Source: Botryllus schlosseri
Taxonomy: Eukaryota
DNA length: 64,000 nt
Reading direction: 5' to 3'
Assembly (NCBI GenBank): GCA_051294905.1
Contig: CM119371.1
Coordinates: 22,010,001-22,074,000 of the forward strand
The position numbers and the translations under genes were made by a program. This document shows, piece by piece, positions 1 to 12,790 of the stretch (within the stretch, counting starts at the first letter, position 1; each line of letters opens with the position of its first letter). The notes below the pieces were generated by a model. The model was not told where the DNA came from, did no database searches, and saw nothing but the letters and a program-made list of their open reading frames with translations.

Positions 1-1700
1 ATGTCTCTTTATGAATTTAGTTTTTGCTGCAATTAATGATCGATGCGTAATACAGCCCGTCGGAAATGATATTCTAGCATATTTCGTGGCTGCACCCATC
101 ACCCGACTACATGCGTAACTAAGAATGACATTACAGTGATGATTATAATTATTCTTAATCCTTAATTTAAGGTTCAATGACACCGTGATCTTCAAAACAT
201 TAGTCAATCAAACCGACAGAAATCGTGTAATTGATTTGCTTGAATTGATGAACAACAGACCAACGGTGAACCAGATAGATGCTGCGACAGTTAACGACGA
301 ACCGAGACATGTGAATTACAAATGACGGATTGCTATGACAGCTGGTTCGTACAGCGGTACGGAATGGAATAAACTGAGAACCCTCATAGCTAGAATGAAT
401 CCTAATATAAGTGCCGTGCACGAATTTGGATATTATTCGAGTCACACGGTCTGCCCTGCAACGTTGTTTTCTGACCGAGAAGATTAATACTACCCACTTT
501 TTTTACTGCTGATCAGCTTCATTGCGGTTCTCTTCATGCTCGTGTGCTATATCGCATTATCCAGGTAATATTTTAAGTCAAAGTTTGTAGGTCTATAACG
601 GAAAGCGATAGGGATTGATTCCATTATGTTCCAAAATATAAGATATGGATAATGTACGTACAGCACGGTTTCCGGCAGATAACGAAAGCTCAGACGTCAC
701 GTTTATATATTTCCCTTATTAGCGCTAAAACTGTAATGACCAAGAATGTTACCTGAGCTACAAGTCTGAACACAACGATTCGAGTGGGTCACGCAATATA
801 CTACGTAACCGAGTAACGATGACTGATTTAGTCGAAATATCTCTTGCGCGTAAAAGTTGATCCATAAAAGAGGCATTTTCTTCTGGAAAGTATCATGCGA
901 GCCCGGTTAACCGCTCAAAGTGACACAGAATTGTGGAAATCCTTTCTCATACGTAAACTAAAGTGTGTTTAGTTTTGATTTCAGGCTATACTTCCACTGC
1001 TATTAGTTTTCGGCTTTTAGGCAAAACCAGTCCAAGTGTACTTATTTTTTTTGCTCACGTGGAAATGGCTATCTCTACTGAGACATGATGAAAATTCCCG
1101 ACGTGATTTCTGCTGCTACTTGTGCACCAACGGTAATTCTAATTACTCATCCGTACCGAGACAGAAGCCCTCAAGGAGAGAGGAAAGCCGTAGCAAAGCC
1201 ATATTAACGTTCATTGCGTGATAGCGTTTTATTATTCCCGAAAATGAATGTACAACGGTTGCACTATTGATTGCTGACATGAGTAGGGAGTATATATATA
1301 TATGTATTCTGCGCATATGTTAAATGTGCGCAGCTCAGTGCCACTTCAGCTGATTTGCCTACGTGTATTTACGATTGCAATGCGTAGACCGATACCATCT
1401 AATTGAAAGGAGTGTGTATTTCCACCCGTGTACCACACCTGATATAGGGGCGTGAATATACCTATGGCGCACAAATCCCGAACACACTTCATACTTAAGC
1501 CTCGGTATAAATCAAGTAGAACATTGCAATCAAAATTATACAAATATACATGCACGTAGGCAAGTAGAATTTATGCCCGCGATATAATTCTGAGTTAGGT
1601 CCTTTTTTCGTGTAGCACCCATCTCCGCCCTTTGGGTTTGAATACAGAATCTTTTCTTTAAGAGTGTACCATGTTGAATGCGATGTGTTGAGCCGATAGG
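1..1700 (+). pseudogene. LGR/RXFP/GRL101-like GPCR pseudogene, copy 1 (7TM exons, 5' part outside window)
   Basis: AG..GT-bounded exon 355-564 reads GTEWNKLRTLIARMNPNISAVHEFGYYSSHTVCPATLFSDRED*YYPLFLLLISFIAVLFMLVCYIALS (ECL2+TM5, premature TAA at 485-487); block 1-1750 aligns by eye with 5905-8730. Confidence 0.65.
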
Positions 1701-1789
1701 AGGACGTCACGACGATTTAACGTTGTTCGATATTGGTCGTGAAGTTATCCTACTTTTAATGCTTCTCTCGTTCTTTTCAATCGCTTTCT

Positions 1790-2210
1790 TGTATTCGCTG
1801 TAAGAACGACGAAGCGGGGAGGACGAGCCGATATTCGCCTCGGTAAATTCAAAATGTGCCAGCTATCCGCCAGTCATCGCGCATGTCCACATTGAAGTCG
1901 AAGTACAAACAATTTTTACTGAATAAATGCTAAAGTTAATCCTCCAGTTTAGAGGACCACCACCTGGCATATCGATTTCGCCTTTCGACACATGCCACCT
2001 ATCCTTTTATATTATCTTCTTTTACTTTTAATTCAGTGTGCATATGCCTCCTTTTCCACATCGCCTATAGGCCAGGTGAGTGTCTGATTTCGAAGACTAA
2101 TCCAAGTCGTTTCGACACCTTCCTGTCTTTCATTGCATCACAGTCTTTTGGTGATTTGAAATGATGAAAATTATAGCAATAAATGGAATTGAATTTTTTA
2201 ATTGAATTGC
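1790..2210 (+). mobile_element. decayed L2/CR1-group LINE 3' end
   Basis: Similar to the ORF end and 3' UTR of the element at 2640-2863 plus 3536-3660 (e.g. ...aagtacaaacaatttttact..., cacatgccacct, gtgtctgat...tttcgacaccttcct). Confidence 0.55.
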
Positions 2211-2314
2211 CACTGCCTATAGCAATACTCTCGAGCCGATGGCATCGAAATATCAGCCGCACTATATTTCTATTTACAGCCTATTTGTAGCTACGTATTG
2301 TCCTGAGTTTTTAA

Positions 2315-2420
2315 TTGATTGACTTGACTCGAGTCACTGCTCTGAATTGACTTGACTTAACTCGAATTTAAATCTGCATTGACTCGTATGACTTGCGACT
2401 TAGAAGCAACGGCTTGACTT
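2315..2420. repeat. (GACTT)n-rich short repeat / MITE fragment
   Basis: Repeated ttgac/gactt units; the reverse motif (aagtc)n also occurs near 12355, 43125 and 60115. Confidence 0.4.
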
Positions 2421-2427
2421 GGTGTTC

Positions 2428-3660
2428 TAAACTTAGAAGATATGAGGAAGCTAGAAATTGCCAAGTTTGTGTATCAGTTCCATTGCGGTCAATGTCCCTC
2501 TAATTTCAACGACTACTTCACCTCGGAGACAAAGCGCACAAGTACAGCACACGCGCGTCAACGAAGAACAACTACCTTATGATCAGGACTGAATACAAGA
2601 AAACGCATTGCTCTATCAAGTATGCCGGACCCCAATTGTGGAACAGCATTTCGCCGGCAATCCGACAGTCGTCGAGCATGTCCGCATTCTAGTCGAAATA
2701 CAAGCAATTTCTTCTAAATCAATACTAGCCAGTCTTCAGGATTACCGGATCACGACCTAACATCGACCTCGCCCTCCGCCACATGCCACCTCATTTTGTC
2801 GCTGGCGTCTTATATTCTCTGCATTACTTTTCATTCAGTGTGCATGCCTTACTTCGCCTAGGCCAGGGGTCACCAACACGTGGCTCGCGAGCCACATGCG
2901 GCCCGTGAGGTCATGTTCTGCGGCCCGCGACTTGTTTTCCTACTTTGGGAGTACGCTTGGTAAAGCATTTTAAATACTGAAATTGATTTCAGTTTAAAAA
3001 TGGCTGTTGTTGTTCAAAATAAGCTATTCTCCTGTGCCAAACGTCACACTCACTAACTGATATAGTTTCGGCGATGGTAATAGCATTCCATGGAGGAATA
3101 ATAAGCTGATATGATTGGTCTTAGACATATCGCTAGACTTTTGTAATGCCCCAAAACTGCCAAGAGCAAGACGCTTGGAAAACGACTTCAGGCTTCCCAA
3201 CAGGATGAAACTTGCAAGAAGCGATAGCTTTCGAACATCGTGTCTAACCCCAATATCGATTATTTAGTCGCTGAAAAGTATTGTTAGGTATCGTGCGCAG
3301 CTCACAGTTGACGATAGAATGAAAGTGATGATCATTATAATTTTGAATAAAATATTATTTACTTTGTAGGCCTACTAACCAAGCCCGTCGCCCAGTTTAG
3401 AGAGCTCAGCGTTGTACAGTCGTAAAGTCTCAGAACCGTGTGGCCTATTTTATCTCGATAGTGAATTCATGCGACCCGCGGCCTCTACGAAATTTGAAAA
3501 GGGGCCCATGAACCGTCCTGAGTTGGCGACCCCTGGCCTAGGCTAAGGTGGGTGTCTGATCTTATTGGCTATACTCCAAGTTGTTTCGACACCTTCCTAT
3601 CTTTTCATTGTATCGCAGTCTTGTGATGTTTGGAAACGATAAAATATTAATAGACCTGAT
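2428..3660 (+). mobile_element. L2/Crack/CR1-group LINE 3' fragment, interrupted by a hAT MITE
   Basis: Conceptual translation LEDMRKLEIAKFVYQFHCG...HKYSTRAST...SIKYAGPQLWNSISPAIRQSSSMSAF*SKYKQFLLNQY* is the typical non-LTR RT C-terminal tail (TR...GP.LWN.L); 3' UTR resumes after 3543. Confidence 0.8.
2864..3535. mobile_element. non-autonomous hAT (Buster/Charlie-type) element
   Basis: TIR CAGGGGTCACCAAC / GTTGGCGACCCCTG (13/14); perfect 8-bp TSD GCCTAGGC at 2856-2863 and 3536-3543. Confidence 0.9.
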
Positions 3661-4379
3661 TCATTGATCCCTATGCTTAATGACAATAATCAATGACCAA
3701 TTACCATCTTCAAGTGCAGGCAGTACTGTGAATTCTCAACACAGTTACAAGTCGAAGTAGCGATTTTCATAGCATGTTCAATGTTCATGTGAGTAGTATA
3801 GTGCTATAGTAGTAGTAGTAGTATAGTAGTAGTATAGTGCTATATCTAGCTTTATATCGATATGGGATGGTTGGAAACCGTCAAAATAATCCGTTCAACA
3901 GCAATAGTACAGATCTTTCGTTAAAGAAACTATAATTACCCTATATTTTCAATTGCCAATGTCAATCCACTATGACGTCACCATTGAATATTCGTGACGT
4001 CATGGCTCTAAATTAAACAATAAAAAACATGTTTTAAATTAGGGCCTTGTTTTAAACATGTCTGTTTTAAATTGATTTCTGTTTTAAATACAACCATATG
4101 TTACACATTACACAAGAATCGTGCATTTACGCATCGACGAAATCCCATAACTGGATCATAGGATTCATAACAAAATCATGGACATTAATTTCGTTCACAT
4201 TGGAAAGCCGTCAGTGAATTTGTATAGGAGATAATGCTACAATGGAGAGTAGGCCTATTGCTGAATAAATATACATAAATTTGCTGTTACTTATGATTTT
4301 GAGGTAACGGAAAATGGGCGTAAGGTTATTATGGCCTAAAAACATGATTTTCCTCTAAGTTTAAACTGTTGGTTGTTGT

Positions 4380-5646
4380 CAGGGCCGTAACAGCACTTCG
4401 TCAGCCCCCCCCCCAAAAAACGTCACCCACATGATGATGATGATGAACCGAACCTATGGGGGGCTTTGCCCCCAATCCCTCCTCATGCTATCCGCTGTTT
4501 ACCGTTATACTTGTCATCTAGATTGGGCGCCTTTGACTGGGCCAGCTTTTCTCGCGTAGACGCGCCAAGCGCGAAAATTTTAAATAATTCATGATTGAAT
4601 CGGCCAATATCATCGGGAATTGCATATATAATGCTATTAATTTATATCCTCGCACATCTCACGTAATCAGATTTACAGGTGAGGTGTGTTTGAAAAGGTA
4701 GGACCCCTCAATAATAATTAAACACCTTCGGGCGTATACCCGTTGGCAGGATCAAAACAGCACTTCGTCAGGCCCCCCAAAAAAACTTGGGTCTTGGGCT
4801 ACCATAGGGTGATAAACCTACCCCCAATCACGTTGTTCGCTTTTGCCAGAAAATTTGCCGTACTGTGTAGTGAGCCAGCGCGAGGCGCGAAAATCTTCGA
4901 TAAATCATGATAAAATCGGTCGAAAAGATAGGGAATTGCACATCAAGTGCATTCAATTTCTTATCATCTCTGCTCTTGTAATCAGATTTACCGGCAGAGT
5001 TGAGAGAAGTGTCTTGGAAACTGTAGCGCCCTTTGGTACGACTCCGTAACATGATGTTATTTAGTGACCTCATGTCTGCTATATCAAAATATATAGAATC
5101 GCCCAAACGTATGCTGCTACAGTAAAAGACGCCCACGATTTTAAATTGGTATTTCTTCACTGGCATATAATTTTTCCCTGTGGGATGGTATTTGTCTTGT
5201 GAGGTTCAGATTGCCAAAAGACAGGAATATTCGGCGCCAGTCATTTAGGCGCCTATGGACAATTAAACCTATTTGTATTTTGTCAACATAAGGGCGGTCC
5301 TTTTCTGCCAAGGTTTTCTCGCTGTCGATCGTCCTGGCCCACTTCTCGGAGTCGCATGTTACATGGCCTAAACCTTTATATGTCTTGGTAAATCGTGGCG
5401 CGGTAATGTCCAATGCCGACATGCCCATTTCTATAAATCCTGCGTATTTTTTCTTCGGGGAAGAGTACTCAAAATTCAAGACCTTTGGCAACTTGAAATC
5501 GCGCGTAGCGCGAAAAACTTTTGAAAAAGTTGCATGAGTTTTCAAAAATACTCTATAATTTATGCTAATTCACGAAATAATTTTGGGCCCCCTTCGATCT
5601 CGGCCCCCCCAATTGGGGGTTTTGGGGTGTGACAGTTACGGTCCTG
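4380..5646. mobile_element. non-autonomous hAT-like element
   Basis: TIR CAGGGCCGTAAC / GTTACGGTCCTG (11/12); 8-bp TSD GTTGTTGT at 4372-4379 and 5647-5654; internal direct repeat of the left-end region near 4750-5000. Confidence 0.85.
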
Positions 5647-5839
5647 GTTGTTGTAGTTTAGCTTCATGCTTGTGTGTTATTCTGTAACAAGCTCTTCTGC
5701 GGAACAAAACTTAACAATTTCCAATAATGGGATATGTTCATCTTTCTATACATAGGCCCTATTTATTGCAAGCGCTTTGACTTACCGTCAACGGGTAAAC
5801 CACAAATAAATGCGCAATTAGAAAATGTTAATTGAAGCA

Positions 5840-8700
5840 GATATCATTACCATGAGAAATAGATTTGCCCCATACAGAGTCCGTCGCAAAGCTTGAAGTG
5901 AATATATGTCGTTTTTTGTATTCGTTTTGCTCCAATTAATGATAGATGCGCTATGCAGCCTGCTGAGATTGATATTTTATCATATTTCCGTCGTGGCTGC
6001 GCCGCTCACCTAACTCTGCGTGATTCAGGTTGAAATTACAATGCTGATTATTCGTAATCCTGAATTTAAAGTTCAATGACACCGTGATATTCAAAACAAA
6101 GCTCAATAAACCGACAGAGATCGTGTCAATAATTGGGTTGGTTTGATGAACAACAGTACAAACCATAAATAAGCTGACAGGTAACGAATAACGAGACATG
6201 TGAATTAAAAATGAAGGATTGCTATGATAGCTGGCTTGATTTTACAGCGGTACGGAATGGAATAAACTGAGAACCCTCATAGCTCGAATGAATCCTAATA
6301 TAAGGGCCGTGCAGGAATTGGATATTATTCAAGTCACACGGTCTGCCTTCCGACGTTGTTCCCTGACCGAGAAGACAAATCATTTACGTACTCGCTTGTT
6401 CTGCTGCTGATCAACTTCCTGGCGTTTGTCTTCATGGTCGCGGGCTACATCGCATTATGCAGGTAATATTTCAAGTCGAAGCTCATATAACCACAGTAAC
6501 CATAACCAGTATAACAATACGGTTAACATATTTTGGAATCCGGAAAAGAGGGCACATTTTAAAAATCATAAAAGTTAGTATGGTAATCCTGTATAACAGA
6601 AGCGATTGGAATTGATTCCATATGGTTCCAAAGATATGCGAAATGGTTAATGTCCAGCGAGGTTTCAGGCGGATAACGCAAACTCAGACATCACGTTACT
6701 AAATGTCCCTCATTAGCGCTACGACTGAATCGACCAGTTATGCAACAGGTCTGAGCACAACGATTCGAGGTGGACAAGTATTATACCGATTACCAAATCA
6801 TATCTCTTGCGAGTAAAATTTATTCCTTAAAAGAGGCGTCTTCTTGAAAGTCTTCTAACCAGCATCAGAGCAATGATATCAGGTAAGACTGCGGGCGCAA
6901 TTAGCTGCTCTAAGAAACCTGAAATTGCGGACAATATTCCACGTAGGCCTAACTAAAGGACACATATACCCATCGAGACACAACGGGCGATAACAGTATA
7001 TTATATTCATCAGTTTTCATATTGACAGAATGTTTGTTGGCTGTAATCTGGCGTGACCGTGGTTCAAAATGGAGCTGAATTTAACTGGACTATGGTAGCC
7101 TATCTATTGTGAACCAATTACCCAAAAACAATTCGGTGCTCATCACCCTTAGAGGTGGACACGCACTGGACAGTGGACACTAATAATATATATACTTCTA
7201 CTTTTCGATGTAGGACTAATTAATATGTTCTATCTAAGCAGTCAAGTGGCATTTGATTTCATGCAAACTATAGGCCATGGCTGGGCAATTATTTTTCTCC
7301 GGAGGCCAAATGAGAAGCATAAAATACGTTGGCGGGTCGATTCAAAAAAAAATTAGCTGTGTTTTCTAGTACATTAATTTAATTTCTAAATTGAAAGCAG
7401 TGGATTACACTGTTAATAAATTCTGCTCAGTGGATGTGTTGATATTAGGGAATGAGAAGGTGAGGGTTAATTACCAAAAATAATATTTGCTTGTGGTCAT
7501 ATTTCGAAGAAATGTTAAATATATACATTTTGAACTCTATTTAAATCCATATCCTTGCCCATGCCCCCAATAATGGTTAATATGACAATGACAACAAAGA
7601 AGGTTTGGTGACTTTAATTGTCAAGGCATCATTTTCCTAATTAAGTTTATATTTTGAATCTGGATTACGCATGCAAGGCTGCTTAATCGCGGCATATTAA
7701 TAAACAGGCTTGAAAGTAAACGAATTGTCGGTTCAGTTTATACAGCCAATGGTTTTATTCCACGCAGGAGCATTAAAAAGTAGGTTTTATGTTTTGAATC
7801 CCAAGCAACTTTTCGCGGGCCGCACTGAATAGCCCCGCAGGCCGCACTCTGCCCAGGTCTGCTACAGGCCCTACTTCCACTTCTAGTAGCTTTTGTATAT
7901 AGGCTAAACTCGCTCTAAAACACTTACTTTATTACTTATGCCCGGCGTTACTTCTACACTGCTGCTTGAGTACCAATGATCACTACTTTGACCACTTCTC
8001 CTCGCCATTTCCGTGCCAGAAGGCTTCAAAGAGAAAGTAAACCCACAGCAAGCCCATAATTGAATGTACATTTTACAACACTTGTGCTATTGGCCGCGCG
8101 CGCGCGCGAAAATGCGCGCGAAAAAAATATGAAAGAGACTGCCGCCACCGATTTTCTGTGCTGGATGCCAGTCTGCGTGATGGGTTTCGTGAAGTTAGCA
8201 GGTAGGCCTACATATAATTGAACTGAAGCGGATGATTTCAATCTCAATCACCATAGCCAGGAAACGACATATTTCCTTTTCACCACGAACTTGTATCAGT
8301 TCAACATTAAAACTTGGGCTGTGCATTATATATCTCTGATAAGCAACAGATTGCGGCCCGTAAAAAGTATAGGTTGTGCCAATTCTGAACGATGTGCGGC
8401 CTGCGCAGTAGATTTATAATTTTGCTTGATCCGGTTAGATATGGTATCATTGCATTGGAATATTTTAACATCGATTTGTGAACATGAATATGAAATTAGT
8501 TTTTTGCTTCAGCTGATTTGCGTGCAGTTATTTACGATTGCAACGCGCGGTCCGAATCAAATTAAATTGAGAATTCCCGCTATCGTCGTACGTATTTTAA
8601 AAGCCTATTGGCGGGTTTATAGTCTTCACATTCGTATTCAACGGTTCTACCATTTTGATTCTCTCAGGACATACCATTTTAAATGCGATTAATTGAACAA
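5840..8700 (+). pseudogene. LGR/RXFP/GRL101-like GPCR pseudogene, copy 2 (TM3-TM7 exons)
   Basis: Exon 6248-6462 gives GYYSSHTVCLPTLFPDREDKSFTYSLVLLLINFLAFVFMVAGYIALC after a 1-nt deletion near 6318; exon ending at donor 8201/8202 gives ATDFLCWMPVCVMGFVKLAG, the TM6 signature (TDFxCWxP) of leucine-rich-repeat GPCRs; multiple stops elsewhere. Confidence 0.8.
7276..7861. mobile_element. hAT (Buster/Charlie-type) MITE
   Basis: Ends CATGGCTGGGCA / TGCCCAGGTCTG; 8-bp TSD CTATAGGC (7268-7275) / CTACAGGC (7862-7869); subterminal gcggcccg/gggccgc motifs. Confidence 0.75.
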
Positions 8701-8834
8701 ATAGGACGACGTCGTGCAGTTATGACGTGCTGGCGTCGGAACACACCAACCGCACTATAACTCCATTGACAAGTTCTGATTGTTTAATGCCTTGACTTTA
8801 CTCCATTCGCTGTCCTGAAATAACTCGACATAAC

Positions 8835-9500
8835 CCGAGTAAAAAAAATGGACATTGGCAATGTTTTATTGGCTGATTTAAACAGATATTGTGTCTGCAG
8901 GACAAATAAAGTGCGAGTTTGGGGGTCCAAATTTACGCTAGTAACCCATACTTCTGTGGGTTGTCACGTTTGAGACAGGAGCAATAGTCAGTTAACATAA
9001 AGCTCCAATCTACTCTGGTATCTTATCTAAAATTATCTTCGGATATTGTGGGTCACTTTCTCCTTGTCCATCGCTGACTACGCGGAGGTTTTCCGGGAAA
9101 TTATTTCGATGTTTTAGCTTTTTTTCATTTTTGTCCGACATAAACATATGGAAGTGACACATGTGTACCAGGGCCTGGCCACTAGGAAACACAATATTTT
9201 AAAGCTATCTACATATGGGTATAATAAATTATTATAGAGTTCTAGTGCACAAAATGAGCTGTGCAACAAGAGTTTTCCAGTTGTTTGGCTTGGAGTCTAC
9301 TTTTATCAGAATATGCCAACCAAGTTTGTGTGAACAGACGGAGTTCGTTTGCCGTCTGAAAATAGTACATCCCTTCACCCCGATGATTCAGTGATACGAT
9401 TGTTGACACACAACTATTTCTTTCGAATTCTCTACAAGTTGCTTACGATTACTCCTGACGAGTGTGAACCGAAAATATTAGGGTCCTTTTTAACATAAGT
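8835..9500 (-). pseudogene. partial copy of the putative TLR-like (TIR) relic
   Basis: Nucleotide similarity to 43450-44250 and 60360-60960 is clear; the protein assignment is weak (see 43440-45160). Confidence 0.3.
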
Positions 9501-11029
9501 ATACTATTCATTTGTATTTAAAGTTCTGTATCCCTAAGAAGCTCTTCAAAACAAAAACAGTATGATTAATTTTTATTGAAAATCAGTGACTTCTGCTATT
9601 CCATTTTAGAAACTCGATAAGAAATTTTTGTTGTTACTAGCAAAGCTGCTTCATGGATCTCAGATCTATAAATCTCAACCGGCACTATGCGTATGAATGC
9701 GCAGTATGTACAACACCAGGTTGAATGGAAAATACCCCAAAACAGCTACAAATGGCGGATGATAGTGAAACAATCATGCATTATAATATCCCTTTCAAAT
9801 TCAAAATTTCGAATGCAGTCTTGATTACAATAAGGTACTTACTAATTATGCGCGAATTATTGTTTTGTTAGCATCACAAAATAATAAATATAGCAGATCA
9901 TGAAGGGTCTACTTCATGCAAAGTTCAAGCCTGCTGTTGAACCAGTGGTTCACCAACAGATCATCAAGTGTCATATATGAGACAATCTAGCTACAAATAT
10001 CCGTGAATGTATCCAGACGTATATAGGGGCGAAGAAAGTGAGGTTAAGGTCAAGGCTATGGTATTTGCCCGTCATTCTACATAAGAGTCTCCGGGTATTC
10101 CTCGAACAATTTGATTGGCTTGTTCAACGGAGTAGGCTACAGTTGCGCACTATGAACATTTGCACAGTCCAGTTGCAGATCTTGGAAGGTTTAGTGAGAA
10201 ATCAGCAAAAATGTCACAGTCTAGTCTGGAAAGCGCTGAGTTGAATCATATTTCAATTTTGTTGAACCGCTTTGACGACAGGAAACGCACTGATGTTCAT
10301 CCAGCAAATGCACATATGCATGTGGAAATCTTGGTATTGTTACCGTCTATTTCACAAAGCATACGGGGATACCTTTTAGGTCGCCCTTTTCCACATGACT
10401 AACACTCATAGGTTCTGACTCGGGTATGTGTATTTTCATGTGTTTACAAGTGACTGATCAAAGCAAACGCTTTTCTGCAGATCTGACATGCATAAGTTTT
10501 GACTCCAGTATGCGTATTACAATGTTTTCCAAGTTACCAATCCGGTTAAACGCTTTTCCGCAGATCTGACGTCCACAGTTTTTGACTCTGGCATGTGTAT
10601 TTAGCAGTGGCGGCTCGTCCTATAGGGCTACTGGGGCAGTGCCCCACCTAAAATTCTGTTCATAAACAATTTAACCATTTATAGACGCAAAGCAATCAAT
10701 ATATACCGAGATCACAGCGAAACCCGCGTTCTTCTTGTGCTTTCGCTTGCAAATGCCCATACATAGCGAAGTCTCTGCGAAAATCGAATTCTCTTCTGTG
10801 TTTTCGCTTTGTGAATGCCTAGCCGGGGCTTGCCCCGGTAGCGCTCATAACAAGCTTTCACTATCTATTCTCTCAAAGCCGCGCACAATAAAGAAACGGT
10901 GATTTACTCTCTCCTATTCGTATAATGGCCGAGCAACCGGGGCAAATATGCCTGGTCGCCCCTAAGGTGTGATGTAACAATCGTATCTATATCTGAACTC
11001 GGTTACCGTAATATGCGTTGAGTCGACCT

Positions 11030-12100
11030 TTGCTGGTATAGGTCGATTTTGACGGTGTTTCGCACCATGATAATTCTTGAAACTTGGTATGATATGTCGT
11101 GAAGGTAGTATTTAACACTGCTCCAAGTTTCAGGCTTGCTACTTAAAGATAAGGGTAGTAATTCCGTTTCCGAAGTTCAGTGTGTGCTGATCTATCATAT
11201 ACATAGTACAGCAAACAGATTTTACTCAAAAGCCGGTATTGGTCTCCATTGATTTTGACGATGTTCTATACCGAGATCGGTCATGACATTTGGCACGGTA
11301 AGTGTTAGTATCGACCGCTGTAACAAGTTTTAAGTTTGTCACTGAACTATGTGGGTGGTAATTTCGTTTCCAAAGTCGAGTAAGAGCTGACTCTTCATTT
11401 ATCGCCAACAAATTTACGCAAAAGCCGTTATTGGTCTCTATTGATTTTAACGATGTTCCATACCGAGATCTGTCATGAGCTTTTGAACGGTATGTCTTGA
11501 TTTTAGTATCGAACGCAGTGCCAAGTCTTAAAGTTGACACTCAATGCTTGGGGCAGTTATTTCGTTTTCGAGGTCGAGTATGGTCGAGATGCGCGCTGAT
11601 CTGAAACTTAGCCTACCTACGTCATTGCGGATCTCACGCAAAAGTCGGTGTCGGTCTGTGCTAATCTATAGTCTGCGTTCCATAACGAGATCGGTGATGA
11701 TATTTCCAATGGTATATCTCGATGATCGCATGAAACAGCTAACCAAGATTCTCGGTTTGCATTCAAATATTCACATAATTTTATGTTCGCCAATGTCCAT
11801 TTCACTGTGAAATTGTGGCCTTCAAACCATTTGCTTACAATCCCCTGTCAAATGCGATAGCTATTTCATTTTCGATGTCGGCTAACAGCTGATCATTCGA
11901 TCAGCCTATTCCTCGATCTATTTTACTCAAAGTTCGGTGTTCGTCTGTTTGTATTGATTTTGATAGTGTACCATACCGGAATGGGTTATGAGATTGCGTA
12001 TGCTACTTCTCGATGATTTCTTGTAGCAGTATACTAAGTTTACGGCTTTTATTCATGTATTTATTGATTAATATATTTTCCAACGGCGATTTCGCAGCAG
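11030..12100. repeat. diverged ~200-290 bp direct repeats inside the hAT element
   Basis: Motif ttta(c)..caaaag.cggt.ttggtct...attgatttt.acgatgttc.ataccgagatc.gt.atga recurs at about 11030, 11222, 11414, 11634 and 11922. Confidence 0.6.
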
Positions 12101-12515
12101 ACTTATAGACAGTAAGCCGTATGTGTTGTGTCACAGTCTCCGGTTTCAAGGCCAAAATGTCCTATGTTGTTCCGAGACCGAAGTTCCGAGGCTGCTGTCC
12201 TTAGTTCTTCAAAGACCATTCAAATTGATGTTCTGGATTCAATATGACAGGCTCAATCTATGAGATAACAATTGCGTATGTGTCCGAACTCGTTGACCTT
12301 TCCAGTTAGGCTTACGCAATCTCTCGAGTTCTAGTCATTGGATTTGTCAGGTCAAGTCAAGTGCGAACATGAATCGTATTGAATCTTTGCTCCGTACGTA
12401 GTTTACGCAGTTGCCTTTAGAGTGAAAATGAGAGGTCTAGAAGTTGTCCAGTCTATTGATCCAATCGTACGCCGGGTGCCTCCGCTTTGGTTGCCTATTA
12501 TCACCTGGTCGTAAC

Positions 12516-12790
12516 CAGAGATGGCCACAGTCCGGTTCAGGAGCCGGAGCAGGATTTAAATGTTTTTTTACCTGGCCGGTCTGGATCCGGATTTTGAATT
12601 TGGGGTGACGGTCGGATTTTAGCCGGATTTTTTTGCTGTGATATGATTAATTAGCATTGTTCTGGTAGGATTTTTTTCGGATTTCGAACTGGACATTCAC
12701 CAGCCGGATTTCTTTGGACTCTGAATTTCCAATTGCCAGCCGGATCCGGATGGATTCGGATCCCGAAATTTTGGAATCCGCCCATCTCTG
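12516..12790. mobile_element. hAT MITE nested in the 10605-13212 element
   Basis: TIR CAGAGATGG / CCATCTCTG; 8-bp TSD GTCGTAAC at 12508-12515 and 12791-12798; internal CCGGAT repeats. Confidence 0.9.

Noticed and set aside
8092-8135. CG-rich run gcgcgcgcgcgcgaaaatgcgcgcg as a CpG island or Z-DNA regulatory element
   Set aside because: Only ~40 bp and appears to be a small insertion within the dead GPCR TM6 exon; similar gcgcgaaaa motifs occur in local MITEs
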